Shown here: one piece after another, positions 42,880 through 59,335 of the stretch | Layout: each line of letters starts with the position of its first letter | How positions within the stretch are numbered: position 1 is the first letter of the stretch | NCBI RefSeq assembly: GCF_009914755.1 | Contig: NC_060927.1 | DNA length: 64,000 nucleotides | Origin: the human T2T-CHM13v2.0 reference genome, Homo sapiens | Direction: 5' to 3' (one strand) | Made by a program: the position numbers and the translations under genes | The notes under the pieces: generated by a model | Seen by the model: only the letters and a program-made list of their open reading frames with translations | Database searches by the model: none | Told to the model about the DNA's origin: nothing

Positions 42880-43057
42880 CAGTGGCTTTGCAACCCTAGC
42901 CAGCACTGGGGTCGCGCGTGGACTTGTCAGGACACACATTGCTGGGCTCCACCCCGAGTTTCTGATTCTGGGGCGAGGATTGAAAACTTGCTTTTCTAAC
43001 GAGTTCCCAGCATTTTCGACGCTGCTAGTCCTGAGACCATACTTTGAGAACCGCCCC
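42880..43057. mobile_element. MER5A-like hAT-Charlie DNA transposon remnant
   Basis: cagtggctttgcaacc...gctgggctccaccc.gagtttctgattc...tttctaacgagttcccag...ccatactttgagaacc. Confidence 0.7.
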
Positions 43058-43139
43058 TCTAGAAAGTGCGATCCCTCCCCAGGAAAGAAGCAGGGCTATT
43101 TTTGCTCCAAAAGTATCCATCCTGCACGCCCTCTTCAGT

Positions 43140-43650
43140 GCTTGGCACGTGGCGAATAAACCAATCAGGATGAAAGGAGCCAACCCAAGTGCGGAGTGTT
43201 GAACCTCAGAGGAAGAAACCCGCGTTCACCAGGCCCAGGCCTGGGCCAGGCGCTGTCCTGGCGGCGTCAGGGAGGACATCGTGCCCAGCGCTCGGACCCA
43301 GCAGCCCGGCCCCGCGCCCTCCCTGTCCCGCGGCCCGCAGGCCCAGCCCTCAAGCGCCCAGCCTCCGCGGCCTTTGTGGCGTCACAGCCAGCCTGAAGAA
43401 TGGTTGCCTTGGAGACGTAAACCCAAGAGCCCTGCTCCTGGAGCTGAGAACTGCAGCGCGGAGGCTTCGGAGCGAGCCGGGGCAGTCGGGGTCGGTGGGT
43501 GCGCTCGCGGTCCGGGGAGAGGGGGCGCGCGGGGTCCGTGAGGGCGCGTGGGGGCGGCGGCAGGGGTGCGAAACCAGGGCCCGAGGGGCGCGCGTGGCCG
43601 GGAGCGGACTTGCAAGGCGCCTTCCAAGGCTGCCCGCTCGCATGCCACTT
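43140..43650. promoter_or_regulatory. CFAP100 CpG-island promoter with RFX X-box GTTGCCTTGGAGAC (43403-43416), E-box (43146-43151), CCAAT (43161-43165)
   Basis: CpG-rich; the X-box resembles the RFX consensus GTTGCCATGGCAAC typical of ciliary genes. Confidence 0.8.
43416..43494 (+). other. CFAP100: CFAP100 non-coding exon 1 (start approximate)
   Basis: Donor TCG|GTGGGT at 43495, just downstream of the X-box. Confidence 0.6.
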
Positions 43651-44516
43651 GCTTGAAACACACCCATCTACCATCCACCCCATCTGTCCTACCATCCCTG
43701 TGCACCTCGCTGTGTGGCTCGGGGCCTTGCAGAGCGCGGGTGTTAGGAGGCGACCCTGCGAACCCCAGGCTCACCCAATAGGGGGCTGCAGCAGGAATGC
43801 GGCAGGAATGGCACAAGCTTAGAGTGGGGGCCCTTTCCAGAGGCAGCCCCTCCTGACTGTGACTTTGGACACCTCGCTGAATCTCTGCTTCCTCCCCTGC
43901 AAAAATGAAAATTCATTCAATGGATGAAGTTAAGAAGTGCCAAGGGTATGTCAGGAGCTTGGATGAGCAGAAAAGACCCCCCTGTTCTCATGGAGCTCAC
44001 ATTTTAGGGGGAAATAGACAACGAATGGATTTTTAAAGTGATAATCAGATAGTGGGAATTGCAGAGAAGAAAATAAAGGCCACATGGGGGTGGGGAGGAA
44101 GAAACCACTTTGGATGGGATGGTGAGAGGTCTCTCTAAAGAGGTGACATTTGAGCTCGGAATTGAAGAGAAGGAAGCCCAGCACCCCCAGCTGGGTATGG
44201 GAGAATATTTTTTGGCCGAGGAGGCCGAAAATGCAAAGGCTTGAGGCCAAGATTGATGTGTTCTAAGCACAGAAAAAGTAGGCAGCTAGAGCCAAGTCCA
44301 GGAGGTGAGAGTGGACCCTCGGGTGGGAGAGGCAGGGAGCCGGCAGGTGTCCCCACAAGGTGAGCCCTCAGCAAATGTCGGTGGCTGTCAGCCACCCAGG
44401 GGGAAGGAAGCTCTGGGCTTGGGGACCACCAGGCTCAAGCACTGTGTCACTCCTCAGGTGAGGATCTCCTTTAGAAGAGGAGAAGCCTTGCATCAACCTC
44501 TTGGGCCTCAGCCAAG

Positions 44517-44565
44517 ATGTCTGAGATACCGTCCACTATAGTCTCCAAGAACATGACCAATGACA
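44517..44565 (+). CDS. CFAP100: CFAP100 (CCDC37) first coding exon, MSEIPSTIVSKNMTND plus 1 nt
   Basis: gccaagATG, donor ACA|GTAAGT at 44566; joins in phase with the next two exons into the recognisable CFAP100 N-terminus. Confidence 0.88.
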
Positions 44566-44704
44566 GTAAGTACCGGGCCAGGGTGGGCACTCTCAGAGGT
44601 CAGGGGCAGCTTCGGAGCCTGTCCAGCTCCCTCACAGGTTAAGGTAGCTCTAAACCAAACACTAGGCAGGAGTCATAGATCTGCCTACTTCCCTTGAAAC
44701 AAGG

Positions 44705-45168
44705 CATATGGATTGCCTGCAGCTGCTGTAACAAAGCACCACCACAAACTGGGGGGCTGGAGTCACAGACATTTGTTTTCTCAAGCTCTGGGGGCTGGAT
44801 GTCTGAGATCAAGTTGTCCAAAAGGCTAGGTCCCTCCAAGGGCTCTGAGCGAGAACCCATTCCGGGCCTCTCTCCTGGTTTCCAGAGCTTTGCAGGCAAT
44901 CCTTGGTGCTCTTTGGCTTGTAGAAGCATCACTCCCATCTCAGCCTTCCTGCCCATGTGGAATTCTGCCTGTGTGTGTCTGTGTCCAAATTTCCCCATTT
45001 TACAGGGACCCCATCACATTGGATTGGAGGCCTACCCCGCTCCAGAATGGCCTCAGCTTAGTGAATTACAGCTGCAAAGACCTTATTTCCAAACAAGATC
45101 ACATTCTGAGACAGTAGGGGTTGGGACTTCAACATACGAATTGGGATGACACAGTTCAACCCACAACA
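44705..45168. mobile_element. MLT1-type MaLR LTR
   Basis: gctgctgtaacaaagcaccaccacaaactgggg...ctgcaaagaccttatttccaaacaagatcacattctgag...cacagttcaaccca. Confidence 0.85.
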
Positions 45169-47824
45169 GACCATGAGGAAGGTGTCACCGTGAAGGTGAG
45201 CTTCTCTCAGCACCCCTCTGACCACAAATGCCAGGCTGGGCTCCAAGGAGGTGGTCAGCTGGCGCTAGGCCCTGGATGAAACATGCCTGCCCTAGTGGAA
45301 TTGCATGCATTTGCCAAGATCTCACACAGGGCGACGCTGAGGGAGGCTGCCCAGGCCTACCTGGGGCCCTTCAGCTTTTTTATTGGAATTTAATTTGGTT
45401 TTGACCAGGCATAGTATTCCATGGTTCAAAATTCAAAAGTGTGTTAAAAGCCCCTCATTGTGAAAAGCCTCTCCCACCCTGTCAAAGGCATACAGTGCCC
45501 CTTCCTTAGAGATGGCCACTGTCCCCTGTCTCTTCTAGGCTACCAGCTCAGTGCACATACAGGCAAATGTGTGTAGATGAGGTTTGTTCTTTTCTTACAC
45601 GGAGATCACACAATGAAAACCCTGTCTGCACCTTGATTTTTTTAATTAACCCATACATTGTAGAGACTGTTCCTTATCAATACATCAAGAATTCCCTTAT
45701 ACTTTTTGTGCTTTTGAGTAGAATAGTAATCTTTCAGTATGGCTGTATCATAATTTATTAACCAATTCTCTGTTCATATGGGTGATTAGCTTGTTTCAGA
45801 AAGTGTGCTGCTATAAACAGTGACCCCCACCATTACACTTAGGTGTGCACACGCTCTCTCGTTCTTTTTTTGCTCCAGAGTAAATTTTAAAATGAAGAAG
45901 GGCTGGAATAAGGTTTAAAAACAAAGATGGCTTTGAAATGTTTATAGATAACAAATTAACTCTCAATGTGCCCATAAAACAATGCAGATAATTATGCTAC
46001 CACAAGACAGTTGAAGGACATGTAAACTATATTGATTTGTTTATTGGTATGAGGGGGAGTGCCTAGTTGGGGTACCCTATGAACCTGTGGCATTGGTAAT
46101 TCCTCGAGATTGATTGAGGGCCTGTGCATTTGTGAGAAAACCAGGCCAGACAGGCAGAGCCAGGATTGGCACCCAGGGCCAGGGGTCTCAGAGTCAGGTG
46201 GGTCAGGGAGGTTGGCATGGGCAAGGTGGGCAGGGGACCTGGCCAGGGGCTTCAGTCAAGAGGACTGCTGAGCTCTGTGTCCTGGGGTCAGCTGCAGGAG
46301 CTGGGACAAAGGTAGGGGCCAAAATGACACTGAGCCACCTGGAGTGAGAGGTTTGGGGATGCTGAGCCAAGTACAGATAGGACCCCCCCTCAACCAGAGG
46401 GCCCAGGGCAGGGGCCTGGAGGCCAAGTAGGGAAAGGGCATTCTAGGCGGCTGGCCAGGCCCAAAGGCCCTGAGGTGGGAGTGGGCGTGGTGTGTTCAAG
46501 GGAGAGACAGGAGGCCAGCATGGGCCAACTGGGTAGGGCCTGTGGCCCGGGAGGACTATTGGCCTCTGCCCAGATGACGGGAAGGATTTAAGAGGGAGAC
46601 TGCTCAGTGTCTAGCTTTATGACTTTTGTGATGAGAACGCTGTTCCCTAAGCCTTGGCAGAGGGGCTGGTTTGGCCACAGCCTCCTTTGAGGCATCAGGG
46701 CGGGCAGGGGTGGGGGCTGCAGGAATGCCCGGAGCTCTGGCCCTGCACCCTCAGCACCCAGCCCAGTGCGGGGCCAGTTCCAGGAGAGGCACTGGGGTCG
46801 CGCGTGGACTTGTCAGGAGAGGGCCTGCGGCTGGTCCCTCTGGGCCAGAACCCTGCCTGAGCCTCACTGTGGGTGTGGAGAGTTTGTTCCTTGAGCGGCC
46901 AAATATATTTCCCAAGACACCAGGCTCCAGGTACAAGACTCCAGGAGGAGCAGGTTGGGAGAGGCTTGCCCCTGCTGAAGGAGCCGTGTGCATGCGCGTC
47001 AGGCCAGGATGCCCTGCAGGCTCTCACTGCTGCTTCTCAAGTGCACGTCCCCCACAATGGGAGCATTCAGGAAGGGCATGGGGTCTAGAGAGGTTGTTAA
47101 ACCACAGATGGCCAGGCCTTCCCCCTGCCAGTTCTGGCTATGAGGGATGCGAAGGGCTGGAGGCAGGAGTTTAATTTGGCAGTGTGGAGAAACATGATCT
47201 TCAGTAATCTAACCTTCATCTTGGGACATCCGAAGCCTGGCCTGGTGGCCTCGTGGGCAGAGTGGGCCATCCACACATGCAGCCCACATCAGGCCACTCA
47301 GGGACCCACAGTCACTTCACTAATGTTCATGGAGCACCTACCGTGTGTCAGGCACTGTGCTGGGCTGGGGCACAGAGGGCCATGAGACGGAGGCGCCTGC
47401 TCTCTGAGCATTTAGTAGAGTGCAGCAAACAGCTCTCAACTTCACCGGCTCCATCCATTCCTGCAGCCCTGGCCAGGCCAGGCCTGGTTCACTCCCACTC
47501 AGTGTCTTGGCACTGCTGTGTCCTCCACAGGGAATGCTCTTCTCCCCAGTTTCCCTGGGACTCCCTCCCTCACACCCCACAGGAGCTCATTTAGATGTCA
47601 GCTCCACAGGGAGGCCTCCCCTAAACAAGGTAAAACGCGGTGCCCCACCTGCCCTACATCCCTCATTGCTGTTCCCTGTTTCATTTTCTCAGTGGCACGT
47701 TCTACCCTCTGGCCTTTTGACCCTTCTTCACCTGTGTTGCTTACTGTCTCACTCCCATCCAGCAGTGACATTTGTTCCCCCAGAGCCTGGAACATCACAG
47801 GCCTCAGTCAAAACCTGTTAGCCT

Positions 47825-49885
<2,061 letters not shown>

Positions 49886-49908
49886 CAATGGCATAAAATG
49901 GCAAATCG

Positions 49909-49913
<5 letters not shown>

Positions 49914-49955
<42 letters not shown>
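49914..49955. repeat. (TA)n microsatellite, about 21 units
   Basis: Uninterrupted TA run. Confidence 0.95.
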
Positions 49956-49958
<3 letters not shown>

Positions 49959-50769
49959 TTATGTTACTGCAATCAAAAAATGTGTTCTTAAAATGTGTTA
50001 AATAAGTGAAGTAAACAACTAAATAGACAGGATGGTTCCCAGCAGTGCTGAAATAGGAGGCTGATTCAGTGATTGTGGTGGGAAGCATTTAGACAGGGGG
50101 ATCAGGAAGGCTTCCTGGAGAAGGTGACATTTGAGTAGAGATGGTGAATAATGGGGATGGGCAGCCCAGAGAGAGTGTCTCGGGAGAGGGAGCAGCAGGT
50201 GGGAGGGGGAGGGGATGGAGGGAGGTGTGGGTGTGCCCAGCTGCAGGGGAGGACACTGACCTGTGAGTGGGAAGGAGACGTGGCCCAATTCCGTGGGGAA
50301 CATCCCTGCCAAACCCTGGTCCTTCTGTGGCTCCCAAGGGCCTCATCCCTGTGCTCCCCAGGCTCACACCCTGCCAGCCATGCTGGCCCCAGTGGCTCCT
50401 CTTCAGCTCTGCCTGCAGGTTTTGCCTCCATGACCCCACGCTGTCACCACACTCCCCTTGGGGCTCTGCTCCCATGGTGCCTCCTCCGTGGGCTCCCTGA
50501 TTGCCCCAGCTACTGGAATATCTCTCACTTCTCTTTATTTTATGTGCTTGTTGCCGGTCCAGAATGTGGACTCCAGGAAGGTAGGCATGGCACCTCCTTC
50601 AGGGCGGCATCCCCAGCCACACCTGACCCTGAGAAAGCGCCCACAGCTGTGGCCAGGCAGATGCCACTCTGAGGAGGCCTGGCCACTGTCTGGCACCATC
50701 ACTAACCCAGTCCTGGGGGTGGTGAGGGATGGGACAAACATGGCTCCTGCTGGTTTAAAACACAGGTTT

Positions 50770-51200
50770 TATTATTGCTGTGTGGTGAGGCCAACAGAGC
50801 AGGAGATGACTGTCACTGGAGAGATGGCTGCTTACTCACAGATCCCTAGGACAGAAGGGGGTGCACCACGCAGGGCTGTGCGGGGGAAGCTGCAGGGTCA
50901 GCCAGAAAGCCCGAGGGAAAGGGGGACGTGGGCAGGAGCCTCCACTGTGGAATCACAGGAAGGAACGGTGAGGTGAGTGAGCAGGTGTAGGACTGATTTG
51001 TTAGAATAGTTTCGGGGTTCTGGGGCACAGGGCTGCCCCTGGTTGTCTGGTCCTGGCTCTGGGGGGATAGGGCAGGGATCAGTGGTCCTGAGAGTGACAG
51101 ACTGACAGAGGCTGTGGCTGGGGTGTGGGCTCTGGATTGGGTGGTTTGCATTTGAAAGGTGTGCTCTGGGCAAGTCATTTTCTATCTCCAGGGATTAGCT
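50770..51200. mobile_element. Probable LTR remnant (MER21/MER77-like)
   Basis: tgtggtgaggccaacagagcaggagatgactg... resembles old LTR consensus text; family uncertain. Confidence 0.4.
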
Positions 51201-51866
51201 AATCCGAGGGGGAGGGGAGGGAAGGGAAGGTCCTCTAGGCTCAGGAAGGCCCCAGAGGTCAAAGCATCTAAATGAGAAGACTTGGTTAATATGCCTGCCT
51301 TCCAGGAGTTTACTGCCTGGGGGTCGGTGGTGGGGGGTGCAGTCCAGACTTGCTGTGGGGAGTCCAGGTGGGGGCAATCACAGAGAACCAGCAAATAGGA
51401 TGATGGTGAGGGTGCAGGTGGCAGGGGCGGATGGGTCCAGTGCTCCTCAGGAGACAGAGTCTGTGGGATCTGGTGACTAGGTGTGGAATGAGGGAGAAGA
51501 GGGTGTCGGGGATGCCTTGTCTCCTCAGTGACACCTGTGCATCACAGTGCTGTTTGCTGAGATGGCCAAGGCCAGGGGTGGAGCAGGTTTCGCAGGAGGG
51601 GGAAGGCCAGGAGCTCAGTTGGCGATGTGTAGGTGTCAGTGTCCTGTGGGAAACTCCCAGCCGAGACTCTGAAGAGGCTGCTGTGGATGGAGGCCCAGAG
51701 GTCAGGAGAGTAGGCGGAAACGTGAGGGCATCAGCAAATCCGCTGGGGCTGGAACTGAAGCCATGGGCACTGGTGAGGCGTCTAGGAGGAAAGGAGAGAG
51801 AATGGCCCGGGACACAGCCCAAAAGACTCCGATGGATAGAGGATGTTTGGAACTCATGTCACATGA

Positions 51867-52193
<327 letters not shown>

Positions 52194-53111
52194 TATTGTA
52201 TCCTTTTTTATGAGAATGTTTCACACCCAGTTCATTCTTTTCCTATCTCTCCTGAATTATTATAAAAGTAGACTTACACTTTAATAAAGACTTTTTAAGT
52301 TAAAAAATTAAATCATGTTAAAATACTAGAAGAAAACACAATTTTTTTTTCTAAAAAATATTTAAACTTCAGCGGCAGAATGCCTTTCTAAACAAGACAC
52401 TAAACCCCAAAGCATTTCATTAAGCAAAAGTTAAATTTTCATACAAGGAAAATGAATGATAAAGTCAAATTGCCTGAAGGAGAATTATTTTCAGCAGCTC
52501 TGACAAATAAGCCAGTGTCCATCAATATAATAGATGAAGGTTCTCAAGAATCGTCTAGAAACTAGAACATTTCAGTAGAGAAATGGGCAAAGGATACTAA
52601 TAGAATGAGGCAAGAAGATGGATAATTAACATCCAAAAAGACACACAGTTTCTTCCTAATTAAGAAATGCAGATGAAAACTGAGATGCCCTTTGTGACCT
52701 GTTAGAGTGACCGTTTCTGGTGTAGGGAAAGCAGTCCCACTAAAGTTGGTGATGGAAGAGTATCAAGCTAAAATAACCAAAAGAGTCAGAATCAGGTTTA
52801 GAGTTTCTCCAAGCACGAAGTTGAGGAGAAGTACAGGCCACCCAGTAATCAGAGATCCAGAGAATGAAAGTCCATGTTCCAAAGTGTAGAAGTTTGAGAT
52901 TGTTTATCTAGACAAAGCTTTGGGAAGTTTAGCAGAATTTCAGCATCCTTCTATGGAAGGCTGCCTGCACATTACAAGGATCTGACTCGCTAAGGGGTCC
53001 TTTTCTCTCTGGACAAGTATATTTATCATTCCACACTGAAGATGCAACTGTCATGGGGTCCTGGGTGCCATCTGCTCTGAATTAGGTATGGGACAATAAA
53101 GAGGCAGTTAA

Positions 53112-53478
<367 letters not shown>

Positions 53479-53875
53479 CACAGATGAACTTTCTTTCAAG
53501 TCTTAAAATTTTGATGAAATACACATAAAATTGACCATCTTAACTATATTTAAATGTATGGTTCGGTGGCATTGACCACATTCACACTGCTGTGCGACCA
53601 CCACCATCCATCTCAGAACTCTTCTCATCCCCAAACTGAACCTCCTCCCCATTCCCCCTCCCCTAGCCCTGGCGACCACTGTTCTACTTAGTCTCTGAAT
53701 GCTCTAGGGACCTCCTGTGAGTGGCAGCATACAGTATTTGTCCTTTGGGGCTGGCTTGTTTCACTAAGTGTAATGTCCTTAAGGTTCATTTCTGTTTTTG
53801 TGTGTAAGCAGGTGAGCTTTTTAGTGAAAAACCAAGGGCATATAAGTGTATGTGTGCATAAAATACTTCTAGTCA

Positions 53876-54229
<354 letters not shown>

Positions 54230-54309
54230 CTATTTCATCATATCAATACATCAAACCTGTGTTGTTTGAAATATGTGCTATGTATGTGCATTGCTCTTTC
54301 ATTCTTTCT

Positions 54310-54440
54310 TGTTTTAGAGACAGGGTCTCACCCTGTCACCCATGCTGGAGTGCAGTGGCGCAATTATGGTTCACAGCAGCCTCGACCTCCTGGGCTCAAA
54401 GGATCCTCCCCCCTCAGCCTCCCTAGTAACTGGGACCACA
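54310..54440 (-). mobile_element. Partial AluJ-type arm, antisense
   Basis: gagacagggtctcaccctgtcaccc...ctcagcctccctagtaactgggacc. Confidence 0.8.
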
Positions 54441-55582
54441 TCCAGATCCATTGCTTTTTCATTTCTAATAGGGTTTTGGTTTGTGTGGTTTGGGTTTTGG
54501 TCTATTTAAATAGCAGTGGTATCTTCTGATTTATATGATATGGTTAATTAAATTCTATCTGGAAATGTAACCACATGCCTACTAAGATAGTTAGAGGACA
54601 ATCATGGTTCAGCAACCGAGCCCCTGAGTTCTCCCCAGCCTCACCTCTCCCGACCGCCTCTGCCTCCCCGACTATACATTATGGATTCTGTGTGGCCCCG
54701 AAGGCCTCTGAGTTTCAGCCCAGGCCTGGCCTTCCCGCCTGTCCCACAAGACTCCCGCCATCTTCCTCACTCTTCCCTCACCCCATGACCATTTGCTCAG
54801 GGCCCAGGCCTTGGTATCATAGCCCCACCTCATGAGAAACCCTGTCTTCCCGCTCAGTGTTTCACTCCGGGACCACACAGTCCCTCCCCCATCCCGCCCC
54901 AGGAGGACTGGCACCCTGAGCAGCCCACCGGAGACCACGTTCTGGCAGCCCCTGCCCCTCAGGCACCGACCAGGATCTCCGAGCTGCAAAGTATTCCTGG
55001 GTGGGAGTGGAGGAAGTGTCCGGCCACATGTCTCTTTCCCTGTGGGTATCAGCACAGCAAGGCATTGGAGACCCAGCAGTAACACCTGAGTAGTCACCTG
55101 AAGAAACAGGGTGCTGGGGAGCCCACCCCGGGCGGGAAGGAGACTTGCTGGCCTTGGGGAGAAAATGGCTCTAGCTTCCAGGCAGCACAACCCCAGTTTT
55201 CCAGCTTGGTCAGAAGGGCCACTCCTCACGGTGGGATAGGGGTGGCAGCTCCCTGAGGAGGTGGGGTCTTAGGGGCCTCCATCCAAGTCCAGCAGGAAGC
55301 CCCTGGGAGGCAAGGCACTGGCCAGGCCGGGGTCAGAGGCTTGGGGTCCTTGTCCTCCCTGGGTCCCGGTATGTCCATCTATAAAACAGCCTTGCACTGC
55401 TACTCTTAAGGAACACACTGAAGGATGGGAAAGGGGAGGCACAAAACATCCGTGCACCAGGCACAGGTGCCAGGGACTTCTCAGGCTATTTTCTTGCACA
55501 ATTCTCACAACTTCCCAGCAAAGTCAGTGTGATCTCTGGGATGTAGAGCCCTCAGTCTCACAGGGGAGGGAGCTGAGGTTGA

Positions 55583-55909
<327 letters not shown>

Positions 55910-57248
55910 TAACAGGCATGTAAACAAAGTAGGATTTATTGCTCCCTCTGTTAATGAGAAATGTGGGACGAAATGCAGACTTTCTTGAGGCTCCACTAAC
56001 AGCAGTTCCATAAAATCACTCAGGTGACCAGGTCCCCAAGTCTCTCTGCTCCACCAGAAAGGAATTAGGGCTTTCAACCACAATTAGGGCTTTCATGCTC
56101 ACAAAATGGCTGCTGCAGCTCCAGCCTCAGCACATCTGATTCCAGGCAGGGAAAAGTAACAAAGGGAAGGGCAAAACTACCCTTCAGCCAACTTAGCCTT
56201 CTAGGGGAAGGGATTTTTCCCAAAAGTTCCAAGCAGCAATGTCTTCCCACATTCCAGCAGCTAAATTTGCCATATGGCCATCAGGATCTATAAGGAGGGC
56301 ACACTGCTGCCACCGTTAGGAGGAAGGAGGGCAGGTAGCTAGCTAGCTGCATGTGCCTCACCCTGGTAGCCCTGAACAGGGCATCGCTGCCACCTGCACT
56401 GTGGCTCCGACCTCCCTTGCCTGGACTCCCTGCTGTCTCCCGCTCTGCCCCCGGGCTAACAGACCAGTCTGATCCTTCTGCAGAGGTCTGCAGATGTGAG
56501 CATTTCTCCCAGCCTGTGCTCCATGGCCCAGGCTCCCACCCCTCTCCCCACCACATTTCCTCTCTTTTATTATTATGAAATTATAAAATGAAAATTTAAA
56601 CATGTCCAGATGTAGAGATTGGAGCCAACGAGTTTCACAGGCCCACCACCAGGTTCTGCCACTGACTCAAATGTGCCCATTTGCTTCCTCTGTCCTTTCT
56701 CTCTTTTTCTTTGCCAGGACATTTTAAAGTAAAATCCAGACATGTCATTTCATCCACTTCAGCGTGCACTTCTCAACAATAGGGGTGTTTCCACACAAAC
56801 CCAAGCACCATCACCACACCCGACAAAGTGAACCAGCCCAACCCATGGTCAGACTGGCCCAGTAATCCCAGAAACATTTTCCGTAGAAGATTCTTTCTAA
56901 TCAGAATTCAAAGAAGACCTGAGCTCCTTCAGTCTCTGTGAATCTAGCAGCCCCCTCCCTGGCCCATCCCATCACTCTCTGGCCTTTGACTTGTTGAGCA
57001 GTGGTGTCGCCTCTCCTGCAGCAAGCCCCAGTGTCCCCATTCTGCATTTGTGTGTCTGCTTCCTGATGCTGGCACTGGGACTGCTTCTCTGTGCCCATCC
57101 TTCCTGCCCTTGGACATTAGCCCCAGGTGCTTGACTAGATCCCGGCTCCCCTTGGTCATGAGGCTCTTCTCATGGGCAGAGGCAGCACCCGCATCTGCTG
57201 TGGGTGCAGAGGCATGGGAGGGAGAAAGTCCTGGGGGCGAGCACCTGA

Positions 57249-57599
<351 letters not shown>

Positions 57600-58389
57600 C
57601 AGTTTATGAGTTTTGACAAATGTGTACAATGTGTTTCCTCCACCCTATGAAGATCTAGACCATTTCCATCTCCCCAGAAATTATCCGTCCCCCAGAGACA
57701 GGCACTCTTCAGCTATCCCCACCAAACCACTGGCTCTCCTCTCCAGCCTCCTGTAAATGGAATCGCACACTGTCTATCCTTTCAGTTTTCGCTCATATCC
57801 CGTCTGGGAGAAGCATCCACATTGCTGCACCTAGCCAGAGTCCCTTCTGTGCATATGCCAACCATTTATTCTTTCCATTGCTGGTGAACATTTAGGTTGT
57901 TTCCAGTTTTTACAAATAATACTGCTATGAAGTCTTGTACATGTCACTTTGGGGACATAAGCACTTGCGTCTCCTGGGTACACACCCAAGAGTGGAATTG
58001 CTGGTCGTGTGTTTAACTTTAGTGGATAAATGAAGTTTTCCAGAGGGACTGTACCAATTCACAGTCCCACCAACAGGCATATGACTTCCAGTTGTTCTGT
58101 GTCCTCTCCAACTTGGTACACCATCGATCCTTTTAATATGACTTTGTCCTCTGGGTATATGTTAGTATCTCATATTTCCTGGTAACCCAGGAGAGCAATT
58201 GCCTTTTCATATAGTTCTGGGCCATTTGATGATTCTGTGTTGGGACGTACCTGTTTCCATCTTCTGCCCACTTGTTTGTTGCATTGCCTGTTTATTTTAA
58301 CGATTTCTTGGAGCTCTTTACTGGATAGAAGTCATTTGCTAGTTCTGAGTATGACGGATATCTTCTCCCACTCCTGGGACTGCCTTTCA

Positions 58390-58725
<336 letters not shown>

Positions 58726-59011
58726 CTAAGTTTAGTGTAGTTCAGTTTCATGCAGCTCAATCGTTTCTTCATTATGGCTTTTAGTGTCTTATTTTAAAAC
58801 TCTTTAGTGACCCCCAAGGTCATGATATCCTCTGATTGTGTCTTCTACAACTTTTTGTTTTACTTTCACAATAAGACCTACAAACCACATCTTAATTGAC
58901 CTAATCGTAACCATTTCATTTATAGATTCCTTTGGGTTTTCTACTATACAATCATGTCACCTTGAATGGCATTATTTTCTCTTCCTTTGTGATCCTTATA
59001 CCTTTTCTGCC

Positions 59012-59175
59012 TTTCTTTTTTTTTTCTTTTGAAACAGGGTCTCACTCTGTCACTCAGGCTGGAGTGCAGTGGTGCCATCTCGGCTCACTGCAGCCTCGAC
59101 CTCCTGGGTTCAAGTGATCCCCCCACTCAGCCTCCCAAAGTGCTGGCATTCCAGGCATGAGCTACCCTGTCCAGC
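59012..59175 (-). mobile_element. Monomeric Alu (FLAM/FRAM-like)
   Basis: Single-arm Alu reverse complement. Confidence 0.8.
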
Positions 59176-59335
59176 CTTTTTATTTCTTTTTCTTGAATCA
59201 CTCTCCCAGTGAGGACCCTCATTTTAATGCAGAATAGCAATGTAAAGAGCAGGCATCCTTGCCTTGCTCCTGGTCTGATCCTACATGGGTGGAGGGACAT
59301 TCAGTATGTCATCCGCAGATTTCTTGTAGATATCT

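Larger units (their letters stand above)
41540..43310 (-). ncRNA. Probable divergent lncRNA from the CFAP100 promoter (recalled as CFAP100-DT / CCDC37-AS1); exon structure not resolved
   Basis: Minus-strand AATAAA at 41569-41564 followed by a GU/U-rich tract (TGTGTGTTCT...TTTGTTTTTG); CpG promoter at 43.2-43.6 kb. The name comes from memory of the locus, not from the sequence. Confidence 0.45.
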
